From contig NZ_BAAAXE010000013.1 of the NCBI RefSeq assembly GCF_039535435.1, positions 747,289-771,288 of the forward strand: a stretch of 24,000 nt of DNA. Reading direction: 5' to 3'. A model generated the notes under the pieces. The model worked only from the letters and a program-made list of their open reading frames with translations. It was not told where the DNA came from and made no database searches. Shown piece by piece: positions 8,875 through 15,381 of the stretch. The DNA comes from Streptomyces cremeus (lineage in GTDB: Bacteria > Actinomycetota > Actinomycetes > Streptomycetales > Streptomycetaceae). Every line of letters begins with the position of its first letter. Positions within the stretch are counted from its first letter, which is position 1. The position numbers and the translations under genes were made by a program.

Positions 8875-10543
8875 ATGAGTGTGGACACCAGAACACCCGG
8901 GTTCGACGATCAGCCCGCACTGAGCATGGTCAAGGTGCCCTGCGACCCGGCGCAGGTCATCGTCAACCACGCCAGCTTCCGCGTGCAGCTCGCCCCGAGC
9001 CAGAGCGCGCGCCCCACCGTGGTGCGGGGTGCTCTGGACGACCGGACGGCGAGGATCCCCGCGCTCAGCGGGGCGGGAGCCCTCAGCGGGGCGGGAGCGG
9101 CCGTCGGAGCGGCGGCGGGCGCGGCGGCCGGACGCCGCCGGACGCCCGTCGTGTGGACGGGCAGGTCCGAGCCGGGCGACCCCGGCGCGGGCGGACTCCT
9201 CCAGGCCGTGCGCGACTCGACCGCGACCCGCCCCCTCGACGCGTCCGACGACCTCGACGCCGGGGCGACCCAGCTCATCCCGCGCGTCGGGCCGCCGGGG
9301 CGGCTCCCCGACGACACCATGCAGACCCCGGCCGTCGCCGGCGCGACGGGCGAGCCCCCCCCGGATGCTGCCCCGCATGCGGCAGGCCGAGGGCGCGTAC
9401 GACACGTACGAGACCGACGAGGAAGTCCCGTACGAGGACGAGGACGAGAGGCCGGACGAGCGCGCCGACGGGCGCTCGCGGCACTCCTTCTACCCCGACC
9501 GGCGGATGAACCTCGGCGTGGTGCTGCTGCCGCTGCGCGTCTTCCTCGGCTTCATCTCCATCTACGCGGGCATGGGCAAGCTCTGCGACCCCGTCTTCTT
9601 CGACGGCGGCGAGCGCGGCTCCATGGTCAAGTGGCTCAACGCGCTGCACCCGTGGCCGCTCGCCGAGCCGCTGCGCGACTTCGCGCTCCAGCACCCGGTG
9701 GGCGCGGGGCTCAGCGTGGCCTTCCTCCAGGTCATCGTGGGCGTGCTCACCGTGCTGGGGCTGTGGCAGCGGGTCGCGGCGGTCGTCGGGACGCTGCTGT
9801 CGGCGGCGCTGCTGCTGACCGTGAGCTGGAAGAGCGTCCCGGCCTACGACGCGCCGGACATCATCTACCTCGCCGCCTGGTCGCCGCTGATCATCGCGGG
9901 CGCTCCGGTCTACTCGATGGACTCCCGGCTCACGGGCGAGGCCTGGCGGACGCTGGGCCCGCGCAGCGAGGTGTGGGAGCTGCGGCGTCGGGTGCTGCGG
10001 CGCGGCTTCCTGATGGTCACGCTGGTCGTCGGCCTCACCCTGCTGGTCGGCTCGGTGCTCGGCGGAGCGGTCCGCTCGGCGGAGGTCGTCGTGCCCGGAC
10101 CCGAGGACGACCCGGCGAACCACCTGCCCGGCCGTCCGCTCCCCAAGGAGCCCGGCGTCCAGCGCACCCCCAAGACCCCGGAGCGCAAGGCGCCCAGGCC
10201 CTCGGTCTCCGCCTCGGTCAAGCCGTCGGCGAGGCCCAGCACGTCGGCCGGTCCGCGGGCCACGGCCACCGCGGGCGCGACCACGGGCCCGAGCCGGAAG
10301 CAGGGTTCCACGGGCCGCACGCCCACCCGGAACACCCCCCCGGCGGCGAGCACCGCCGGTCCGACCGCCACGGCGGGACCGTCCTCCAGCGGCGGCGGCA
10401 CCGCCTCCGGTGGCGGCAGCACCGGCGGTTCGAGCACCGGCGGGTCCTCCTCGGGCGGCTCGTCCTCGGGCGGCGGCTCCAACGGCGGCAGCTCCGGCGG
10501 CGGTTCGGGTGCGGACAAGGTGATCGGCGGACTGCTCGGGTAG
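8875..10543 (+). pseudogene. DoxX-family (DoxD-like) membrane protein, reading frame interrupted at a C8 homopolymer (9355-9362)
   Basis: Frame 1 (from ATG 8875) is protein-like with high GC3 up to the C8 run (MSVDTRTPGFDDQPALSMVKVPCDPAQVIVNHASFRVQL...). After the run, coding bias switches to frame 2 (first ATG at 9365). That frame encodes the acidic linker, the DoxX-type TM core (MNLGVVLLPLRVFLGFISIYAGMGKLCDP...) and a Ser/Gly/Thr/Pro-rich tail, ending at 10543. Removing one C fuses both parts into about 556 aa. Confidence 0.6.
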
Positions 10544-10569
10544 GCCGACAGGCGTACGCACGGCTGAAC

Positions 10570-10606
10570 GGAGGGGCCCGGCACCGCGATGGTGCCGGGC
10601 CCCTCC
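10570..10606. terminator. Bidirectional stem-loop between convergent genes
   Basis: Perfect 16-bp stem GGAGGGGCCCGGCACC (10570-10585) / GGTGCCGGGCCCCTCC (10591-10606), 5-nt loop. It lies between the stop at 10543 (+) and the stop at 10631 (-). Confidence 0.7.
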
Positions 10607-10630
10607 CGCGTGCGTGCGTACGCGGGAGCC

Positions 10631-11383
10631 TCAACCCCGCTGAGCGGCCAGCTCCTTGGCGGCCTCGGTGAGGTCCTTCGCGGTGTCGATGGCACGCCAG
10701 TAGGCGCCCTGCGGGATCGGGTAGCCGGCCAGGCTGCGGGAACGGGCCAGGCGGGGGAACGTGGTGCGCTCGTGGTCGCCGAGGTCGGGCAGCAGGGCGG
10801 TGAAGGCGGCGGAGAAGACGTACACGCCCGCGTTGATCAGGTACGGCGAGGGCGGCGACTCGATGAAGTCGGTGACGTTGCCGAAGGTGTCCGTCTCGAC
10901 GGCGCCCCACGGGATGCGCGGTCGGGCCAGGGCCAGGGTGGCGGTGGCGTCGCGCTCGGCGTGGAAGGCGGCCATGTCGCGCAGGGAGAACCGGGTCCAG
11001 ATGTCGCCGTTGGCGGCGTACCAGGGCTGTCCGGGTTCGGGGAGGTGCTGCGCCGCGTGCTTCAGGCCGCCTCCCCGGCCCAGGGGCTCCGTCTCGACCA
11101 CCGTCGTGACGCGCAGGGGGAGTTCGGGGGCCCGGTCGGCGAGCCAGTCCTGGAGGACCTCGGCGAGATGGCCGCAGGAGACGACGGCGTCAGTGACGCC
11201 CTCGGCGGCGAGCCAGGACAGCTGATGGCCGATGATCGGGGTTCCGGTGCCGGGAATCTCGACCATCGGCTTGGGGCGGTCGTCGGTGTACGGGCGCAGT
11301 CGCGAGCCCTGGCCGCCGGCCAGGACGACGGCCTGCGTCGGTGCGGCGGACGTCGCGGTGAGGGGGCTGGGGGTGGGGGTCAT
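10631..11383 (-). CDS. Sugar-phosphate nucleotidyltransferase (NDP-sugar pyrophosphorylase family)
   Basis: 250 aa. N-terminal signature AVVLAGGQGSRLRPYTDDRPKPMV (G-x-G-x-R-L...K-P), then INAGVYVF and the C-terminal pattern typical of mannose-1-P guanylyltransferase-like enzymes. No obvious SD, so the exact start is uncertain. Confidence 0.8.
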   Translation of the reverse strand: MTPTPSPLTATSAAPTQAVVLAGGQGSRLRPYTDDRPKPMVEIPGTGTPIIGHQLSWLAAEGVTDAVVSCGHLAEVLQDWLADRAPELPLRVTTVVETEPLGRGGGLKHAAQHLPEPGQPWYAANGDIWTRFSLRDMAAFHAERDATATLALARPRIPWGAVETDTFGNVTDFIESPPSPYLINAGVYVFSAAFTALLPDLGDHERTTFPRLARSRSLAGYPIPQGAYWRAIDTAKDLTEAAKELAAQRG

Positions 11384-11476
11384 GCAGGGGACGATATGCG
11401 GCGCGCGGGGCGCCGCCGGCGAGGGGCAGGACTGTCAGCTCTGTCGGTCGTGTCCGGGTCCGTGGTCTCGGGCGGG

Positions 11477-11893
11477 TCAGGGGCGGTGGTTCGCGACGCC
11501 GGAGGCGAAGGAGGTGTCGCAGACGGGCCGCGAGTACGACTGGGCGCGGGTCGGGCCGTAGTGCGTGACGGCGGCGCGGCCGAGGGCGCGGGCGATGTTC
11601 ATGCAGTGCTTGGCGAGGGACGGGCGGCGCTCGACCTCGCGCTGGAGGTGGGTGAGGGCCGTTCCGGGGTCCTTCTCCTGAAGTTCCACCAGAAGCCGGT
11701 CGCGCAGAATATCCTGCGGGGCACGGGACTTGGCCTGCTGGGAGACACCTTCGGCGGATGCGGTGAGCATCTGGGACTCGGGAGTGCCGGCGACCCACGG
11801 GACGCGGGTGACGGCCAGGGTCCCGGAGAGAACCAGGACGACGGGCAGGACGAGGGCGAGGGTTCGGCCGATACGGCGTGCTGAGTGGGTCAC
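11477..11893 (-). CDS. Hypothetical small secreted or membrane-anchored protein
   Basis: 138-aa ORF with a GTG start. The N-terminus has a basic stretch plus a hydrophobic helix (RRIGRTLALVLPVVLVLSGTLAV). Codon bias is acceptable and no motif is recognised. TACGCT lies 7 nt upstream of the GTG and there is no SD, so the mRNA may be leaderless. Confidence 0.55.
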   Translation of the reverse strand: MTHSARRIGRTLALVLPVVLVLSGTLAVTRVPWVAGTPESQMLTASAEGVSQQAKSRAPQDILRDRLLVELQEKDPGTALTHLQREVERRPSLAKHCMNIARALGRAAVTHYGPTRAQSYSRPVCDTSFASGVANHRP

Positions 11894-12120
11894 GCGAGTG
11901 AGCGTAGCGGCCGGTGACGATTTGGCGACATTCAGTCACCCTCATGGGGGATGGTTCGATGTCCTTTTTCGAATGAGGGGTTGACGTACGGGGCTCGAAA
12001 TGCCCAGTGTGCCGGGGTATTTCGAGTGGGTGGCGGCTAAACGTGGGACGGGACGCGCTTGGGGAAGCGCGTGGGCGGGGTGACGGGTCGGCGGTCCGGT
12101 GAGGCGGTGGCACACATGCG

Positions 12121-12152
12121 GAAGGGCCCCGCAGTCCGGTGCGGGGCCCTTC
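12121..12152 (-). terminator. Stem-loop downstream of msiK
   Basis: Perfect 13-bp stem GAAGGGCCCCGCA (12121-12133) / TGCGGGGCCCTTC (12140-12152), 6-nt loop, 18 nt past the msiK stop on the minus strand. A second hairpin lies at 12053-12072 (ACGCGCTT GGGG AAGCGCGT). Confidence 0.7.
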
Positions 12153-12169
12153 CGTGTGCGGTGCGGGGA

Positions 12170-13306
12170 TCAGTCGCTGAGACGCTCGCCGGTCTTGGTC
12201 GAGAAGACGTGCAGCTCGCCCGGACGCGGGACGACGTGCAGCTCGGTGCCCTTGTCCGGGACGGCGCGGCCGTTGACGCGGACGACGAGGTCCTTGTGCT
12301 CGCCGCCGACCTCGGCGGAGCCGTACACGTAACCGTCGGCGCCCAGTTCCTCGACGACGTTGACGGAGACGGCGAGGCCCGCCGGGGCGTCGCCGGAGTC
12401 CTTCGTCAGGGTCTTCGCGGCCTCGCCGCCGTGCTCGACGATGTCGAAGTGCTCGGGGCGCACGCCGACCGTGACGGTGGTGTCGCCCTTGTCGGCGGCG
12501 GCGCTGAGCGCCTCGCGGGAGACCGGGACGACGCTGTTGCCGAACTTCACGCCGCCGTCGGTGATCGGGACCTCGACCAGGTTCATGGCCGGGGAGCCGA
12601 TGAAGCCGGCGACGAAGAGGTTGGCCGGGCGGTCGTACATGTTGCGCGGCGAGTCGACCTGCTGGAGCAGGCCGTCCTTCAGCACGGCCACCCGGTCGCC
12701 CATGGTCATGGCCTCGACCTGGTCGTGCGTGACGTACACGGTGGTGATGCCCAGGCGGCGCTGGAGGCTCGCGATCTGCGTACGGGTCGAGACGCGGAGC
12801 TTGGCGTCGAGGTTCGACAGCGGCTCGTCCATGAGGAAGACCTGCGGCTCGCGCACGATGGCGCGGCCCATCGCGACACGCTGGCGCTGACCGCCGGAGA
12901 GGGCCTTCGGCTTGCGGTCGAGGTACTCGGTGAGGTCGAGGATCTTCGCGGCCTCCTCGACCTTCTTGCGGATCTCGGCCTTGTTCACGCCCGCGATCTT
13001 CAGGGCGAAGCCCATGTTGTCGGCGACGGACATGTGCGGGTAGAGCGCGTAGTTCTGGAACACCATGGCGATGTCCCGGTCCTTCGGCGGCAGGTGGGTG
13101 ACGTCGCGGTCGCCGATGCGGATCGCACCGCCGTTGACGTCCTCCAGGCCCGCGAGCATGCGCAGGGAGGTGGACTTCCCGCAGCCGGACGGGCCGACGA
13201 GGACGAGGAACTCGCCGTCCTCGATCGCGATCTCGAGCTGGTCCACGGCGGGCTTGGTGGAGCCCGGGTAGATGCGGGTGGCCTTGTCGAACGTGACTGT
13301 CGCCAT
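12170..13306 (-). CDS. msiK: Multiple-sugar ABC transporter ATP-binding protein MsiK
   Basis: 378 aa. Walker A GPSGCGKST, signature LSGGQRQR, Walker B FLMDEPLSNLD, and a MalK/UgpC-type C-terminal regulatory domain. RBS GAAGGAGA lies upstream of ATG 13306. It is a stand-alone ATPase with no adjacent permeases, as described for Streptomyces msiK (SCO4240). Confidence 0.93.
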   Translation of the reverse strand: MATVTFDKATRIYPGSTKPAVDQLEIAIEDGEFLVLVGPSGCGKSTSLRMLAGLEDVNGGAIRIGDRDVTHLPPKDRDIAMVFQNYALYPHMSVADNMGFALKIAGVNKAEIRKKVEEAAKILDLTEYLDRKPKALSGGQRQRVAMGRAIVREPQVFLMDEPLSNLDAKLRVSTRTQIASLQRRLGITTVYVTHDQVEAMTMGDRVAVLKDGLLQQVDSPRNMYDRPANLFVAGFIGSPAMNLVEVPITDGGVKFGNSVVPVSREALSAAADKGDTTVTVGVRPEHFDIVEHGGEAAKTLTKDSGDAPAGLAVSVNVVEELGADGYVYGSAEVGGEHKDLVVRVNGRAVPDKGTELHVVPRPGELHVFSTKTGERLSD

Positions 13307-13359
13307 GGCGATGCGTCTCCTTCACCGGCAGGAACGTGCCGGACGATCCGTTGTAAGGG

Positions 13360-13375
13360 AGTGGTCTGGTCCAAT
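13360..13375. promoter_or_regulatory. Candidate DasR-responsive element (dre) upstream of msiK
   Basis: AGTGGTCTGGTCCAAT matches the 16-bp palindromic dre consensus (approximately A[C/G]TGGTCTAGACCA[C/G]T) at 12-13 of 16 positions. It lies 54-69 nt upstream of the msiK start. It overlaps a 7-bp stem (CTGGTCC 13366-13372 / GGACCAG 13381-13387). Confidence 0.4.
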
Positions 13376-13622
13376 TTGGCGGACCAGGGGTGACGCTACC
13401 CGGGCGAGTGGGTTCTGTCAGTAGGGAAGGGGTGGGCGATTTCGCGGCTCGTGAACTGTGGCAGAGCAACGAACTTTTGACCGGTGCCTGCTGAGGCTGG
13501 GCTTCCCGCTTCGACACCCACTGCCGACCGAACGAGATCTTGGCGGACCACGCCCTGCCGGTCTTGCACGAGCTCCACGGGCATTACGGCCGACGGCCCG
13601 TCGGTCCGGTACAGCATGTGTC

Positions 13623-15029
13623 TCAAGCGGCCAGTGGAACCTCCAGCACTTCGGAGGCGCGGATCAAGGGAGGCGGGGTCCGTCCCGGAGGCAGAGCCTC
13701 GGCCACCAGCCCGTACAGCAGCATCCCCTCCTCACGGAGGTTCCGTGCCGCGTTCACGTCCCGGTCGTGCACCGCGCCGCAACTGCCGCATGTCCATTCC
13801 CGTACGGAGAGATCCAGCCGCTCCCCCTTCAGACGGCAGGACGAGCAACGTCGTGTCGACGGGAAGTACCGGTCGACGATCACGAGCGTCCGTCCGTACC
13901 ACTCGCATTTGTAGCGGAGCTGCTTCAGCAGCTCGCCCCACGAGGCGTCGAGGATCGACTGGTTCAGCTTCGCCTTGCGTCTGCGCCCAGGACCGGTGGC
14001 CGCCCGCATCAGGTTCATGACGGCCAGGTCTTCCACCACGAGCACTTGGTTCTCGCGCACGAGGCGGGTGGTGAGCTGGTCCAGCATGTCCCTGCGGACG
14101 TCGCTGATCAGGGCGTACAGGCGGGCGATCTCCTGGCGCGCCTTCTCCCGGTTTGCCGATCCCCTCTTCTTGCGGTGCAGCTCGCGCTGGGCCTTCGCGA
14201 GCTTCCTCTCGTACTTCCGAAGCAGACGGGGGTGGTCCAGCTTCTCGCCGTCGTCCAGCGTGACGAGGGCGGCCAGACCGAGGTCGATGCCGACCGCCTT
14301 CGGGGCGTGGGTGCCCGACAGGAAGACGGGAGGCAGAGGTGCGATGTGTTCCTCGACCAGTACGGAGAGGAAGAAGCGGCCCGCGCGGTCCCGGGTCATC
14401 GTGAGCTTCACGGGCGTGGTGCCTGCGGGGAGCGGGCGGGACCAGCGGATGTCGAGGGGGGCGGTCTGCTTGGCGAGGGCGATCAGCCCGGTGCCGGGTC
14501 GCTCGGGGTCCTCGAACCAACGGAAACCGGTGCGTACGTACGTCGCGGAGTCGCGTGAGCGGCCCTTCTTCTTGTGTCGCGGGTAGTTCACCCCTCCTCT
14601 GAAGAAGCGGGTGAAGGCGTTTTCGAGGTGGCGGAGGGACTGCTGGAGGACGGTCGAGGAGACGTTCTGGAGCCAGTACGTCTCGCGGGCCTGACGCCAG
14701 CCGGTGAGGGCGCGGCAGGTCTCGGCGAAACCGACTGGGACGCGGTGGTCGCGCCAGGCATTCGACCGCAGGGTCAGGCCCTCGTTGTAGACCCAGCGGC
14801 AGGCGCCGAAGGTCTCGATGAGCTGTTCTGCCTGGTCGGAGGTCGGGTAGCAGCGATAGCGGTAGACACGCTGGTGGGTACCGGGCTCCTTGGTCCGGCG
14901 CTTCATGGGTGCGGCCGGTCGCTGGTGGTGCTTGCGCTGGTCGGGGATGCGCAGGGCCTCGCGCTTGATGCGCTTGGCTTCGGTGCCGGTGATGCGGGGC
15001 GGGAGCGGTTGCTCGGGTGCCTCGGTCAT
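13623..15029 (-). CDS. tnpB: RNA-guided endonuclease TnpB (IS200/IS605 OrfB)
   Basis: 468 aa from ATG 15029, preceded by GGGAGGAGG. The track ORF extends to 15149 and an alternative ATG lies at 14906. OrfB N-terminal signature: YRYRCYPTSDQAEQLIETFGACRWVYN. RuvC triad candidates are intact: D in AVGIDLGL, E in LVVEDL, D in VHDRDVNAARN. Zn-finger: CSSC...CGSCG. Confidence 0.9.
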   Translation of the reverse strand: MTEAPEQPLPPRITGTEAKRIKREALRIPDQRKHHQRPAAPMKRRTKEPGTHQRVYRYRCYPTSDQAEQLIETFGACRWVYNEGLTLRSNAWRDHRVPVGFAETCRALTGWRQARETYWLQNVSSTVLQQSLRHLENAFTRFFRGGVNYPRHKKKGRSRDSATYVRTGFRWFEDPERPGTGLIALAKQTAPLDIRWSRPLPAGTTPVKLTMTRDRAGRFFLSVLVEEHIAPLPPVFLSGTHAPKAVGIDLGLAALVTLDDGEKLDHPRLLRKYERKLAKAQRELHRKKRGSANREKARQEIARLYALISDVRRDMLDQLTTRLVRENQVLVVEDLAVMNLMRAATGPGRRRKAKLNQSILDASWGELLKQLRYKCEWYGRTLVIVDRYFPSTRRCSSCRLKGERLDLSVREWTCGSCGAVHDRDVNAARNLREEGMLLYGLVAEALPPGRTPPPLIRASEVLEVPLAA

Positions 15030-15143
15030 GCCTCCTCCCTCGCTTCTTCGCTTTGTCCGATTGTCGGAACAGCGATTCGGTGCGTTCAACGACGGGTGGC
15101 CGGGAGGGTTATGGGAGAGCAGGTGAGTTCGTGGATCGGCAGG

Positions 15144-15171
15144 GAGCACCCTGTGTAAAGTGAGGGTGCTC
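15144..15171. other. Subterminal hairpin, putative IS left-end structure
   Basis: Perfect 9-bp inverted repeat with a 10-nt loop (GAGCACCCT gtgtaaagtg AGGGTGCTC), 115 nt upstream of the tnpB start and 30 nt from the tRNA-Thr 5' end. Confidence 0.45.
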
Positions 15172-15200
15172 GCGCGCGTGAATTCAGTGGTGCGAGCAGC

Positions 15201-15276
15201 GCCGCCTTAGCTCAGTTGGCAGAGTCTCCCACTTGTAATGGGATGGTCGTCGGTTCGATTCCGACAGGCGGCTCCA
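15201..15276 (+). tRNA. tRNA-Thr (anticodon UGU), genomically encoded CCA
   Basis: Manual cloverleaf. Acceptor GCCGCCT/AGGCGGC. D-arm GCTC-AGTTGGCA-GAGT. Anticodon arm TCCCA-CTTGTAA-TGGGA (TGT at positions 34-36). Variable loop TGGTC. T-arm GTCGG-TTCGATT-CCGAC. Discriminator T plus CCA. 76 nt in total. Confidence 0.93.
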
Positions 15277-15285
15277 CGAAACACC

Positions 15286-15322
15286 TGTCCCGGACCCCCA
15301 GGGTCCGGGACACTTGCGTTTT
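15286..15322 (+). terminator. Intrinsic terminator after tRNA-Thr
   Basis: 12-bp perfect stem TGTCCCGGACCC (15286-15297) / GGGTCCGGGACA (15301-15312), followed by CTTGCGTTTTC (T-tract 15319-15322). Confidence 0.75.
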
Positions 15323-15381
15323 CAGGACGGTACGGGGGTCCGGGCGGCGTTCCCTGGCCCCGTGTGGGGGAGGGCAGCGGG

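Larger units (their letters stand above)
13470..15185 (-). mobile_element. IS200/IS605-family element carrying tnpB only (IS1341-like, no tnpA); ends approximate
   Basis: The tnpB ORF has visibly lower GC than its flanks and sits between the msiK promoter region and tRNA-Thr. A subterminal hairpin on the tnpB 5' side, GAGCACCCT (15144-15152) / AGGGTGCTC (15163-15171), fits an IS605-type left end. The palindrome CCGACGG-C-CCGTCGG (13590-13604) lies just 3' of the tnpB stop. No Y1 transposase ORF is present. Exact termini cannot be set from one copy. Confidence 0.65.

Noticed and set aside
8875-10671. Reading 8875..10671 as one intact 598-aa CDS.
   Set aside because: After the C8 tract at 9355-9362 this frame loses third-position GC bias and becomes Arg/Gly/Ala junk. 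Frame 2 encodes a clear DoxX-type membrane core ending at 10543.
13458-14558. Plus-strand ORFs antisense to tnpB (13458..14558, 13484..14020, 13975..14586), and a search for a tnpA (Y1 transposase) gene.
   Set aside because: The antisense translations lack any HUH/Y1 motifs and have poor codon bias. There is no room for tnpA between tnpB and the tRNA, so the element is treated as tnpB-only.
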